Positions 53,823-64,000 of a DNA stretch of 64,000 nt are shown piece by piece (positions within the stretch are counted from its first letter, which is position 1; each line of letters starts with the position of its first letter). Origin of the DNA: a virus. Made by a program: the position numbers and the translations under genes. The notes beneath the pieces were generated by a model that did not search any database, was not told the DNA's origin, and was given only the letters and a program-made list of their open reading frames with translations. The stretch is taken from positions 11,123 through 75,122 of the IMG/VR virus record IMGVR_UViG_3300035190_000190; one strand, given 5' to 3'.

Positions 53823-55277
53823 TTAACTGTTTAATTTAACTATTGCTTCAACAGTGCCTTCGCCTGTTGTTGTTTTATCTTCTAGTGCGCGACCAATAAC
53901 ATTAAATGCTGTCATTTCGCTACGTGTTGCGGCACGAGCCAATCCACGGCCTGCACTTACTAATCTATCACCTTTTGTTACAGTACCAATTACTCTAACT
54001 GGTACACGACCATTAACTGCCACTGGTGGGTGAGTAACATTATCACCTGCACTGCCGTTCATTAGAAAGCCTGCGTTAGTACTTATCACACCAAAAACTG
54101 CTTCGCTTAATTCTTGAACTGCAGCAGTAATTTCTTTAACTCCGCCAAGTTCAACTACTGTACCTGGTAATAATGGTGTATCTGTTTCAAATCGTTCTGC
54201 CAAGTCAGCGTAACTTGCTGTAATTGCCTGGCCAATAAAATATGTACCATGTACGTTGGCAAATCTACTAGATGTACTACCAATGTTAATTGTAGCATTA
54301 CCGTTAGGTAAAATTGAGTTGGATACAACTGTAATACCTTGATTTAAAGTATAACCTGTAACTGTCAAATTGCCGGCAACACTAGCAGTGCTCTGTGCAA
54401 TTAAGCTACCCGGTAATGTAACTGCAGCGGTTAATCCAGCAATACCAATTGCTTTTGTACTAACTCCGCCTTTGTTAACCCATAAATTTAAATCGCTGTT
54501 GTTTGATGAATTGACCAATCCAACAGTGCCAGTTACTGATCTAATAGCTAGATTGCCTACATCAAGTCCCCCCGATGCTGTGATTTTATATGCAGTACTA
54601 GTATCTTGGTCTGAACGTAAATACGATCCGCCGGCAATACCACCAACTTGCAATGCATTACTAGCTGATCCAGTGAATTGTGCTCCAGTTAATGCAGTTG
54701 GGCTAATTAAATTCATACCAGGTTTAACTGTTGTGAATCCTGTAATCGATGTTTGTGGAGTGAATTCACTATCTTTACTTAAAATAGCGATTACACTATT
54801 GGAAATGTAAAATTTAACAATAACATGACTAATCGAACTACTATCTAAAATAGTTTCAACTACTGCTCCAGATGTCCCCGCAGTAGTCGTGTATGATGGG
54901 CCAATAGTTACCCATGCACTGCCACTCCAAACTTTAAGTTGTGCATTACTAGTATCCCACCATAAATCGCCTGTAACAGGACCCGTTGGTGAACTACTAG
55001 ATGCCGCTGAACTGCTGATAGGTTTCCATAAGCTACCACTGTATACTTTTAATACATTATTTGTACTATCATACCATAATTGACCAGTGCGTGCATTCAA
55101 TGGTGCTACTGTGTTGGTAAAATTTTCAAGTAATTTAACATAATTCTCATTGAGAAATAAACCATATCCGGCATAGTTTTTACCAATCAAGGTTAAACTT
55201 GTAGCAGATGTATTCACTGTTCCATCTGCTATACTTGCAATAGTTGCCCCTGCTGTTGTAGTTACTGTATATGACAT
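53823..55277 (-). CDS. tail fibre protein with C-terminal intramolecular chaperone-like domain
   Basis: LLENF...GQLWYD/GDLWWD repeats; ADLAERF...GVIST...GRVPVRV...KGDRLVS. Confidence 0.75.
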   Translation of the reverse strand: MSYTVTTTAGATIASIADGTVNTSATSLTLIGKNYAGYGLFLNENYVKLLENFTNTVAPLNARTGQLWYDSTNNVLKVYSGSLWKPISSSAASSSSPTGPVTGDLWWDTSNAQLKVWSGSAWVTIGPSYTTTAGTSGAVVETILDSSSISHVIVKFYISNSVIAILSKDSEFTPQTSITGFTTVKPGMNLISPTALTGAQFTGSASNALQVGGIAGGSYLRSDQDTSTAYKITASGGLDVGNLAIRSVTGTVGLVNSSNNSDLNLWVNKGGVSTKAIGIAGLTAAVTLPGSLIAQSTASVAGNLTVTGYTLNQGITVVSNSILPNGNATINIGSTSSRFANVHGTYFIGQAITASYADLAERFETDTPLLPGTVVELGGVKEITAAVQELSEAVFGVISTNAGFLMNGSAGDNVTHPPVAVNGRVPVRVIGTVTKGDRLVSAGRGLARAATRSEMTAFNVIGRALEDKTTTGEGTVEAIVKLNS

Positions 55278-55297
55278 TGTTTTTACCTATTATATAT

Positions 55298-55304
55298 TAT
55301 TTAT
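55298..55304 (-). promoter_or_regulatory. putative T4-type late promoter ATAAATA
   Basis: In short intergenic gap upstream of fibre gene. Confidence 0.6.
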
Positions 55305-55309
55305 CAGTT

Positions 55310-56668
55310 CTATACAGTGTATTGGAACCAGAAATCGCCATCATTACCCTGGCCTGAGTTAGGAGCTGATGTACTTACAAATTTAGCACTGCCACCCCAC
55401 CATTGTCCAGCTGTTCTTACATATTGTGTAGTTGCCACGGCCGCATTACCTGTACTAGTGTATATTTGTGTTTGGGTTGCTGCTGTAGCACCTGCAATTA
55501 AATTTACACCGCTGGCACTTGCAGTCAGTACACTCGTGCCGTCAATAGCTAAATTTGCACTGCCTGTGCCACTATCAATAATTTCTATAAAACTATTTCC
55601 TTGATATATTTTATTTTTTAAGAATCCTGAATTATTAACAACAAATTCAGTAGTTGCAATTGCAGTATTGGCAGTGTCAACTGGCATTGTGATTGCTGTT
55701 GAAATACCAGTTAACGTGGCATCAACAAAACTATCATCAACATAATTTTTTGTAGCCACGCCTAATAATGTTGTTGGATCTGCTGCCACTTCAACAACAC
55801 CTGTTGTTCCGTTAATAGTTAAATAGGTAGTACTATTTGTAACTAGGTTAATATCACCATTTGTACTATTGTTTGTTATCGATGCGTTAACTCCGCTAAC
55901 TGATAACGATAAGTCCAGTCCAGCACCAATTGTAATTCCACTATCATTTATAATGCGCAGATTACCGGTGCTACTGTTATTAGTGTCTGTACGTAGATAA
56001 TTGCTAGCAATAACACCACCTAAATAACTAGCATTATTAGCAGTACCCCATAGTGTGTGTCCACTACGTAAATTATGTCCAGTTTTAATAGAGGTAAATC
56101 CAGTAATTGCAACCGCTGGTGTAAATTCACTATCCTGGCTGATAATTGCAGTGCGTGTGCCATCTATGTATAATGATACAACATTATGAGTTGTACTAAG
56201 AGTGTCTATAATTTGTTCCCATATAGCACCACTTTTACCGTACACTTTACTCCAAGTTGGGCCAACTAATTTCCAACCAGAAACATTATATGGTGTAGTA
56301 CCATCATACACATACAGTTGATCAGCATAAGTATCCCACCAAATATCACCTGCAATCACAGTCGATGGTGCACCAACTGTACTACTATTTTGCGCAGTTG
56401 CACTACTAATGATTTTAAAATACGTACCAGTGTAGACTTTTAATAACTTAGCAGTTGTGTCCCACCATAATTGTCCACTTAGCGGATTGCTAGGTTCAAT
56501 ATCGTAGGCAAAATTTTCAATTAATGAAACTAAGTTATCAGTCATTATCTGACCGTAGTTACTGTAGTTACGACCAACCAATGTTAAACTAGTCTGCGCA
56601 GTATCTACAGTACCATCTAAGATAGTACCTAGTGTTGTTCCGTTTGTTTTTCTTATTATATACGCCAT
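55310..56668 (-). CDS. tail fibre protein
   Basis: N-terminal domain paralogous to 53823-55277; ATKNYVD/ATTEFV/ATTQYV repeats; GDFWFQY end. Confidence 0.75.
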   Translation of the reverse strand: MAYIIRKTNGTTLGTILDGTVDTAQTSLTLVGRNYSNYGQIMTDNLVSLIENFAYDIEPSNPLSGQLWWDTTAKLLKVYTGTYFKIISSATAQNSSTVGAPSTVIAGDIWWDTYADQLYVYDGTTPYNVSGWKLVGPTWSKVYGKSGAIWEQIIDTLSTTHNVVSLYIDGTRTAIISQDSEFTPAVAITGFTSIKTGHNLRSGHTLWGTANNASYLGGVIASNYLRTDTNNSSTGNLRIINDSGITIGAGLDLSLSVSGVNASITNNSTNGDINLVTNSTTYLTINGTTGVVEVAADPTTLLGVATKNYVDDSFVDATLTGISTAITMPVDTANTAIATTEFVVNNSGFLKNKIYQGNSFIEIIDSGTGSANLAIDGTSVLTASASGVNLIAGATAATQTQIYTSTGNAAVATTQYVRTAGQWWGGSAKFVSTSAPNSGQGNDGDFWFQYTV

Positions 56669-56681
56669 TTTATTATCCTAG

Positions 56682-57356
56682 TTATGCAGTGGTACTTAAA
56701 TTAGTCAGTGTCTGTATACGCACTGTGTAATCAATTTGAATCAATCTGTTTAATGATTTTTGCACTGGGCTAAAAATCACGTGTGTCAATAATTTACCGA
56801 GGCCTTCGCCTGATGCGTTAAAACCTTTTAAGCCTAGTTCGTCAAATACAAATTGACCGTTTAGGTCTTGGCTATTATCGAACACCGCTTGCCCATTTGG
56901 CTCACCATAGTCTAATAGACAACTTACAATGATATCACTATAAATTTGTCCAGGTACGTGTGTAATTACCATTTTATTTCTTAATGGATCGCCATTGGCA
57001 GCATTTGTGTCATCGATGATCTTAAAATATTGCGGACTATACAAGTCGGCATTTTGTACGTTGGTATTAGTTGGCAAATATGTGATAACGCCAGTAGGGT
57101 CAACTGTAGTACCACCGTTACCAAAATGCATTTCAGTAATAAATTGTGTGCCTTTATTGCTTAAACTTTGTGCAATTGCTTCACTCATATTTTCATAATG
57201 AATAGCATTGCGTTTGTTTACGTACACTTCATTGGTTTCAGGATCAAATATTTTAATATGACCTTGAAGATGTATACCACCACGCTCATCAGGTTGTTTA
57301 GCTGGTGCAGCAGTTGGTTGTGAGTTCATCGTTGAATCTTGCATTTTTTTATCCAT
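56682..57356 (-). CDS. putative baseplate/tail structural protein
   Basis: In structural block; FDELGL, HVIFSPVQKS; ATAAATA 5 nt upstream of ATG 57356. Confidence 0.6.
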   Translation of the reverse strand: MDKKMQDSTMNSQPTAAPAKQPDERGGIHLQGHIKIFDPETNEVYVNKRNAIHYENMSEAIAQSLSNKGTQFITEMHFGNGGTTVDPTGVITYLPTNTNVQNADLYSPQYFKIIDDTNAANGDPLRNKMVITHVPGQIYSDIIVSCLLDYGEPNGQAVFDNSQDLNGQFVFDELGLKGFNASGEGLGKLLTHVIFSPVQKSLNRLIQIDYTVRIQTLTNLSTTA

Positions 57357-57388
57357 ATACTTATTTATTTCATTATCAATCATAGTCA

Positions 57389-58966
57389 TTATGCGCCTGT
57401 GCCGCCATTTAATGCTTTAACCACTGCCGCTAATCTATCAATAGCGTTTTGTAGTGTTGTTGGTGCTGTACCTGCCCAATTTCCCGACGTTGCTGGTGTA
57501 TATGATACTGTTCCGTTTGTAGGTAAAGTTAAGTTGCCAGTTTGAGTAAACTGCCATGTATGTGTCACTGCGGTATTAGCATTGTGTACAGCTACATTGG
57601 CATACGTTTGGTTAATTGCTATGTAATTAGTAACAGCAACATTAGCACTAGGGGTTATTAATGTTGCGCCACCGGATGTAGCCCCCGATAAAATGGCATA
57701 ATCTATGCCATCAACTGTTGCAGTAAATAAACTAGCACTCAGCGGTAAATTAACTATTGCAGTTGAGACGTTAGCGGCATGGACAGTGTTCCAGCGATAC
57801 GCTGCTGTGCCCAATGTGTAATGATCATCATTTGAAGGAACTATACCAATTCCGTCTGGGTTATTACCCTCAAATATCAATGCACCTTCATCTGCTCGGG
57901 GGTCACCATTTGTTGTAACGGATAGTGCTACAGTACCATAGGCTAAATTAGCCATATTGCTGTCAAATCCTGTTTGATACAATGTTGTAATACCAGTTAT
58001 ATCTGCTTGCCCTGTATATAATGAGCCGCAACCTATAGAACTAGTAACAACTAAATCGTCTGCCGCTATTGTACCAGTAGCAGTAAACGGCAATGACGTA
58101 GTAAGTGTATCATCTATAATACTAATATTGCCGCCACCAATATAAATTGTACTACCACTTAAATATAAATCTTTCCATTTTGCAGTCGGACTACCTAAAT
58201 TATAAGTTACGTTGGCACTTGGAATAATATTTCCAAATGTTGTGGTTCCGTTAGTGATGTTGCTGATTGATGTTAATTGCGTTGCATTATTTGCATCAAC
58301 ATAGCCTTTCAATGCAGTATTTGCAGTTACAATAGCAGCATTAGCACCTGTAACTGAATTAGTAACAGTGGTAATTGCGGCATCGGTATAGCCTTTAAGT
58401 GCAGTATTAGCTGTAACTATTGCGGCGTTAGCACCCGTAACTGAATTGGTAATAATAGTATCTTGTGCATCAACATAGCCTTTTAGTGCTGTGTTAGCTG
58501 TTACAATAGCAGCATTGGCACCAGTAACTGAATTGCTAATTATAGTATCTTGTCCATCAACATAGCCTTTCATACTAGTATTAGCAGTTACAATAGCAGC
58601 ATTGGCACCAGTAACTGAATTGCTAATAGCAGTGTCCTGTGCATCAACATAGCCTTTCATAGCTGTGTTAGCGGTAATTATTGCAGCATTGGCGGCTGTT
58701 ATCTGACTTAATTGCGTTTCGGCATTGGCCTGCCAAGCTGCACTAACAGCTGCAATTGCGCCACTTTGTACTGCGGCATTGGCTGTAGTCGACGCAGTTA
58801 AATTTGCTAAATCTGTAACCACAGTTCCGAGGATGAATGTTTGTAATTGTGCAACATTACTTTGTACTGTTGTCAATGTTCCGGCAATATTACCAACTAC
58901 AGGAATTATTACATTTCCCTGTACTGTGGTTAAATTTCCTAATTGGCTAATCTTAATCGTCGACAT
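57389..58966 (-). CDS. fibre protein with coiled-coil repeat shaft
   Basis: IKISQL N-terminus, 29-aa repeats, GNIIPSANVTYNLGS...WKDLYLS. Confidence 0.75.
   Translation of the reverse strand: MSTIKISQLGNLTTVQGNVIIPVVGNIAGTLTTVQSNVAQLQTFILGTVVTDLANLTASTTANAAVQSGAIAAVSAAWQANAETQLSQITAANAAIITANTAMKGYVDAQDTAISNSVTGANAAIVTANTSMKGYVDGQDTIISNSVTGANAAIVTANTALKGYVDAQDTIITNSVTGANAAIVTANTALKGYTDAAITTVTNSVTGANAAIVTANTALKGYVDANNATQLTSISNITNGTTTFGNIIPSANVTYNLGSPTAKWKDLYLSGSTIYIGGGNISIIDDTLTTSLPFTATGTIAADDLVVTSSIGCGSLYTGQADITGITTLYQTGFDSNMANLAYGTVALSVTTNGDPRADEGALIFEGNNPDGIGIVPSNDDHYTLGTAAYRWNTVHAANVSTAIVNLPLSASLFTATVDGIDYAILSGATSGGATLITPSANVAVTNYIAINQTYANVAVHNANTAVTHTWQFTQTGNLTLPTNGTVSYTPATSGNWAGTAPTTLQNAIDRLAAVVKALNGGTGA
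58296..58700 (-). repeat. ~5 copies of an 87-bp (29-aa) coding repeat
   Basis: NSVTGANAAIVTANT(A/S)(L/M)KGYVDAQD unit. Confidence 0.85.
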
Positions 58967-58968
58967 TC

Positions 58969-61900
58969 TTAATCCTCAATAATTGTTTTACTATCTTCAG
59001 TAGTTAGTGTATTTACCGCATCTTCTGTTGTAATCATATCTTTAATCGCTGTAACTACGATATTTGTTGCTGTACTGCCTTTTAAGAATGTCACTGGTAC
59101 AGTTGTTGAACCGTCAAATCCAGTACCATCAGTTGCCACTCCACTGCCTAAATTATACCATACATTTGTTGTGTGTAATTCTATATTTGCTGCAATAGTT
59201 ACATTGCCGTTATTATCAACAAAAGGAATTCCGTTATCGTTTCTACCAACCGGAACAATACTTAATGGATACACATTCCCAGTGTTGGTTCCATTTATTA
59301 TTATTTCCGAATTAAGTGTGATATTACCAGTTATAGTAGTTGGATAAACTGCAACATTGGATCCATTTATTGCAATATTTCCACTAGCTCTGCCTGTATT
59401 CAATGTTGTAATGCCGTAGTAACTTACAGAAACGTTACTAACATTGGCACCATTAGTCAATACTGTTACATTAGCACCTGTTGATGATTGTGTTATATAA
59501 TCACCACTGGATACTGCAATATTTCCACTTAACTCTAAGTAATTATCTTGGAACGTTAAGCTGTTTGAGTTATTACGTATGACTAATAATACCCGTGCTA
59601 CGGAATCAATGCCGGCCACAGTCAGTGATGCACCAGATACAGTTTGTGTTATTACATCACCCACATTAGCAGTTACACTGTCTGACAATGAAAGATAATA
59701 TGAACGAGTTGACGTTACAGTATATGGTGTAGTTGTACTAAGGACTACATTAGACACTGTTCCAGGAACAATTTGGTCAGCACTTCCATCAGTTACAACT
59801 GCGCCAGCGTATTGAATTACTGGAGTAGCGGTACCTTGTGTACCACGACGTATTTGTCCAAGTGTATTAGTCGTTAAATTACGAGTGTAGTAAGTTATGC
59901 GCTCACCGTTAATGAATATTACGCCAGGAATAGCAAGTTTAGCAATACCAATTGCATCTATAAACGGTTCTGCTAATTTGCTAGCATCTGCTACGACAAT
60001 TTCAGTGTCAGTGATGTTCAACGGAGCCGCTAGTGTTGTTGCATGTGCATCAGCAATACGTAAGTAACTTTCTTCGCGCATCATGTTACTAAACATTCTA
60101 TAGGCAATTACATCAACATTGCCATTAATTTTAGTATAGACCTGCATGTCTAGTGTATCAAATACAATACCAGGGACCATTTCTTCTGGAGCATGACTTG
60201 AGTATGTGTCTACATAAGCACCACCCACAACATCAATATCTTCAGCACGTGTGCCCAATGCTAGGTCAGTGTAGCTGCTACGAATAATAGTATCCACTGT
60301 TGCATCATCTAACAATGGTAATCCATCTGCATCATATTGTATTTGGTCAAACAATCCATTATCAAATGGCGTTGCGCCGCTGAAGCCAGGTGCTTGATCA
60401 AATCCAAGTCCTTGTACTTTTACTCCTGGGTAATCAATACCACGTAGTAATTGTGTTAAATCACGTGCTGGCATCGAAGCACCTGGTTCGTAGTATCCTA
60501 CAATACGATCATTTGCATTGGTAAAATTAGCCGAACTGTATCGTGTATAATCCTCAGTGTGTACAAACGTAGATCCCGATGTTATGTTTGCATTTACTAT
60601 AAATGCATGACGAACAGCACCGGCCAGTGAACCCACATGAGTTACAATATCGCCAACGGTATAAGCAGTATTGGCAGTCCATTCTTGTACATTACTTGTG
60701 TAACTAATTCTATCAAATTTTAGTGTTGTATCAAATGTTCTAATTTGATTATTTTTAAGTACAGCATAAGCAGTTGCTGGTGTTGTATTTGTACCATTGA
60801 TTAACACAGTTGGAGTTAAGAAATATCCAGTACCACGAGTTAAAATCTCAATGCTAGTCACTGTACCTAAATCAAAGTCGATGATTGCACGTGCAGTTGC
60901 TCCTGTGGCAGCTAGTCCGCCACCTACAATAGTAACAATTGGTTCAGCAGTGTATCCACTGCCACCGTATTCTACAATAATGCTTTCAACATAATGATTT
61001 CTATTTGCATACCATTGATTGTAAGTATCAGTTTGCCATAATGCTTCATCTTTAATTACATTTTCACCACTTGGACTACGGAATACTTTTGTTTCTGTAT
61101 CGTAGTAACTAGGCAAATCAAAGTCAGTTACGCTACCTGCAAATTCATCATTACTATCGTAGTTAATAGAATATTCACGTATTTTAGTTGAATATGGTTT
61201 AACTTCTGTAATGTAATTTTCATAATACGTTTGATTATCCTTGATGTAATTAGGATATTGTATGAGTGAACGCAATTTATGTGATACACTAATGAAGCTA
61301 GTTTTAAATATCCAATCAACATATTTTTGTTCATTGAATAGATAGTTAACCATTACAAAGAATAATTTATTAAATTCTGTGTCTAGCTCACCGACAAAAA
61401 TATCATCTTTAAGTGCATTAATTATATAACGAATTTCAGTAGTTGGAGTCGTATTGTTAATAAAATTACCAGACGATGTTTTTAATTGTATAGTTCCGTC
61501 TTGAATACCTACTACATCAAATTGGCCATTGCTGTTAAGAACTAATAAATTCCAGCCCCGTGCGCCGCCAGAGCTTACTCTAACAAGTACTTCTTCGCCT
61601 ACAGCAACTGGTAATTTTAGTGCATCGGTTAGTGTGTCAACTACGTATTCAAGTTGTGTATCTGTGCCATAACCTGGGGCATACCAATCAGCATAATCCC
61701 AGTATAAGTCAGTTTTATAACTTTGAACTTGAGTAACAGTCCACGTTTTATCTGCAGACAATTCGTACAGGACCCATAAATTATCTCGCGTAGTATCTTG
61801 ATTTACTAAAACTTTATAACCGACAGACAATTCATTTACGTCGATGTATGCTAACTCTACTTCTGTTGCTATTTTTAAATCATATTCGCCTAATTTAATA

Positions 61901-63999
61901 TTAGGTTGTGCTTCAGCAGAACTGATAGTAGTTAAATCACAATTTCTTGCAATTGGTTTAGTTATCAGTATACTGTTCGCATAGTCTACTAGGTTAGCAT
62001 AAGCAGCAATTCTATCAGCAAACATAGCCTGACGTGGTCTTGTTCCTAGACCAAATTTATCAGCTTCGCTGAGTGCAAGATCGGGTACTTCTGCACCTAA
62101 TATATCAATACCGGCTAAACTATCAATTAACTTATTGATAATTTTAGGAGATATTATACTATTTGCATTGCCTTTTTCTACTAACTCATATTCACTGTGA
62201 ATAATATTAGTATTTTTAACTGTGTTATAGTCAAGATGCAATATGGTGTTTTGCGCAGAAAGATAACTACCTACGTTGTATAAAACAAAGGCATTATTTT
62301 GTATAATTGCTGCATAAGGCGTGCCTTGATTTTTAGGATTTTCAATTATATCTTTTATTGCGGCAATCGGCAAACGTCTAGTTTCATTATTCGGATCAAC
62401 AGTTGTTTTATTTTTAACCCAATAAAAATATTTGATACTAATAATATTAGTAACTTGGTCAACATAAACTAATTCAACATACGCACTATCGTCAGCATAT
62501 TTTGGCGTTCCTTCTCCGCCGCTAGCAATATACGCACTTGGTAAGTATGCACTTTCTACCCACTCCAGTACTTCAACTGTCGAGCCCGGGAATAGTCGAC
62601 CCCAATTAATACTACGATATGTTAGGCCATCTTGTTCGTAGTCAATGTAACTGAGTTGACTCAGATTCCACCATACTTCGCCAACTTGAGTACTGCTCCA
62701 AAATATAGTATCATTTAGACTAACTGCACTATTTGTTCCGCGATTATATACAGCTGGATCATATCCAGTTTTGTATGCTATTTCTTGGTCTGCGCGGCCA
62801 AGAATTTTACCTTTTGCAGGATCAATAAATTCTAAAGTTGTTAGAATAGTATTTGACAGATTGCTGTATAGATACATTCTATTAACTGATTCTATATCCA
62901 CTGTTGGTTGTTGATATCTAATTAAACTCCAACCACGTTTATTCACTGTATTATTAAACAGATATATGCTGCCGCCATCTGTAATTGTAGTATCGTCGGT
63001 TGGTGCACTTACTATAATATGTCCGCCAATTATATCAATGGCCGCACCAAATCCGTCACCTGGGTTTAAATCAGTTGGGTCAAGTTGTTGACAGAACGCA
63101 TAACGTCCAGGATGTTCAACCATATCACGTGGGTCGTCATACAGTTCATATGTGTACACACTACCGCTGGCTTTAACACTATCAACGAACGATGTAGAAT
63201 CATCATCAATTACAGTAGTGTCGCTATCAAAGGTAGTGAACGTATTAGTTGTTCCACGGTCACTACTGATCACTAGCATATAAGCATTACGAGCTAGAAT
63301 AACTTTAGTACCAAAATATTCATTGTTGCTGTTATATGGGGTAACAATAATCTGCATGAATGCAAATATAGCCAAGCCTGCGTCAGCATATACACCAGCA
63401 CTGCCCGGCATATTGCTGCCTGACAGAACACGTAAACGATTTTTTGCCACAGTTTTATCACTGTCTAAACGTAGGTATCCGTTTTCATTAACTGCGGTAA
63501 TACCTAATAGGTTAGCATCATTAATATCCTGTATTAAACTATCCAAACTAGTACCAGTTACCGTGACTGGGAAGTTATCTAAGCGGATTGTGTCGCCCGG
63601 AGTAAACGTTGGGTTCTTTGTAAAGCCTCTGTTAATACCGTATAGCGTGCCTTTGTTGTGGAATTTCCACACTGCACCAGTATTGTAAACTGTACCTGCA
63701 TTGTAAAACGGAGCACCAATGTAGAATGCACAATTATTTGAACAGATAGTCAGTGATGTTCCGAATCTTGCACCTTGCTGGATAGCACTTAAACTTCCGC
63801 CTAAGCTGTCAATACCAATTAATCTTTCTAATAAGGTAAATTCATTTGTTTCAATTTTTACATTTTTGCCTACGCCCAGTGGCACAAATAAAGTTATTTC
63901 TTTTGCGCCAGTTACTGCATAATCAAATATTTCAATGTCATCAACTGTCACTGAATATACAGGTGCTATATTTCCTTCTGTAGTATACACTGTGCCATT
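58969..63999 (-). CDS. very large baseplate/virion structural protein, 5' end beyond window
   Basis: Frame open to window end; FG-GAP-like repeats, GGSGYTAEP.VTI motif, WTANTAYTVGDIV CBM-like motif. Confidence 0.7.
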   Translation of the reverse strand, partial: NGTVYTTEGNIAPVYSVTVDDIEIFDYAVTGAKEITLFVPLGVGKNVKIETNEFTLLERLIGIDSLGGSLSAIQQGARFGTSLTICSNNCAFYIGAPFYNAGTVYNTGAVWKFHNKGTLYGINRGFTKNPTFTPGDTIRLDNFPVTVTGTSLDSLIQDINDANLLGITAVNENGYLRLDSDKTVAKNRLRVLSGSNMPGSAGVYADAGLAIFAFMQIIVTPYNSNNEYFGTKVILARNAYMLVISSDRGTTNTFTTFDSDTTVIDDDSTSFVDSVKASGSVYTYELYDDPRDMVEHPGRYAFCQQLDPTDLNPGDGFGAAIDIIGGHIIVSAPTDDTTITDGGSIYLFNNTVNKRGWSLIRYQQPTVDIESVNRMYLYSNLSNTILTTLEFIDPAKGKILGRADQEIAYKTGYDPAVYNRGTNSAVSLNDTIFWSSTQVGEVWWNLSQLSYIDYEQDGLTYRSINWGRLFPGSTVEVLEWVESAYLPSAYIASGGEGTPKYADDSAYVELVYVDQVTNIISIKYFYWVKNKTTVDPNNETRRLPIAAIKDIIENPKNQGTPYAAIIQNNAFVLYNVGSYLSAQNTILHLDYNTVKNTNIIHSEYELVEKGNANSIISPKIINKLIDSLAGIDILGAEVPDLALSEADKFGLGTRPRQAMFADRIAAYANLVDYANSILITKPIARNCDLTTISSAEAQPNIKLGEYDLKIATEVELAYIDVNELSVGYKVLVNQDTTRDNLWVLYELSADKTWTVTQVQSYKTDLYWDYADWYAPGYGTDTQLEYVVDTLTDALKLPVAVGEEVLVRVSSGGARGWNLLVLNSNGQFDVVGIQDGTIQLKTSSGNFINNTTPTTEIRYIINALKDDIFVGELDTEFNKLFFVMVNYLFNEQKYVDWIFKTSFISVSHKLRSLIQYPNYIKDNQTYYENYITEVKPYSTKIREYSINYDSNDEFAGSVTDFDLPSYYDTETKVFRSPSGENVIKDEALWQTDTYNQWYANRNHYVESIIVEYGGSGYTAEPIVTIVGGGLAATGATARAIIDFDLGTVTSIEILTRGTGYFLTPTVLINGTNTTPATAYAVLKNNQIRTFDTTLKFDRISYTSNVQEWTANTAYTVGDIVTHVGSLAGAVRHAFIVNANITSGSTFVHTEDYTRYSSANFTNANDRIVGYYEPGASMPARDLTQLLRGIDYPGVKVQGLGFDQAPGFSGATPFDNGLFDQIQYDADGLPLLDDATVDTIIRSSYTDLALGTRAEDIDVVGGAYVDTYSSHAPEEMVPGIVFDTLDMQVYTKINGNVDVIAYRMFSNMMREESYLRIADAHATTLAAPLNITDTEIVVADASKLAEPFIDAIGIAKLAIPGVIFINGERITYYTRNLTTNTLGQIRRGTQGTATPVIQYAGAVVTDGSADQIVPGTVSNVVLSTTTPYTVTSTRSYYLSLSDSVTANVGDVITQTVSGASLTVAGIDSVARVLLVIRNNSNSLTFQDNYLELSGNIAVSSGDYITQSSTGANVTVLTNGANVSNVSVSYYGITTLNTGRASGNIAINGSNVAVYPTTITGNITLNSEIIINGTNTGNVYPLSIVPVGRNDNGIPFVDNNGNVTIAANIELHTTNVWYNLGSGVATDGTGFDGSTTVPVTFLKGSTATNIVVTAIKDMITTEDAVNTLTTEDSKTIIED

Positions 64000-64000
64000 T

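Noticed and set aside
58296-58700. Repeat region as a CRISPR or DGR template
   Set aside because: In-frame coding repeats without unique spacers; no reverse transcriptase in the window.
1-64000. tRNA, rRNA, CRISPR array, integrase or transposase
   Set aside because: Intergenic gaps are tiny, and I saw no cloverleaf, repeat-spacer periodicity or recombinase motifs.
1-64000. Stop-codon reassignment as in some large phages
   Set aside because: Standard-code ORFs tile the window densely, and TAA, TAG and TGA all end recognisable full-length genes.

Overview
This is a 64-kb segment of a large, AT-rich, tailed dsDNA phage with T4-like features: T4-type RNase H, ATAAATA late-promoter boxes, and baseplate/fibre genes. 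I found no rRNA, tRNA or CRISPR array. It has two convergent blocks that meet at about 35.08 kb. The plus-strand block (1-35088) carries a dispersed 7-deazaguanine pathway (folE, queD, queE, a DpdL-like T-fold protein) interleaved with a GT-B glycosyltransferase, a purine phosphoribosyltransferase, metK and AT-rich sugar-modification inserts. It also holds RNase H, a DEDDh exonuclease, an HD alarmone-hydrolase-like protein, a MoxR/VWA pair, HIT, DHFR, thyA and an epimerase/aminotransferase pair. The minus-strand block (35069-64000) starts with baseplate and tail-fibre genes. A terminator overlapping a sigma70-type promoter then precedes an ~18-kb tightly coupled operon. That operon contains GT-A-like proteins, four N-terminal-twitch radical SAM genes (five catalytic domains), three SGNH-like proteins, a carbamoyltransferase, an APS-kinase-like protein and dCMP deaminase. 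The best candidates for undescribed systems are (i) a glycosyltransferase-linked deazaguanine DNA hypermodification route and (ii) the large glycan-tailoring operon next to the fibre genes. All product calls come from motifs read by eye; no database search was run.
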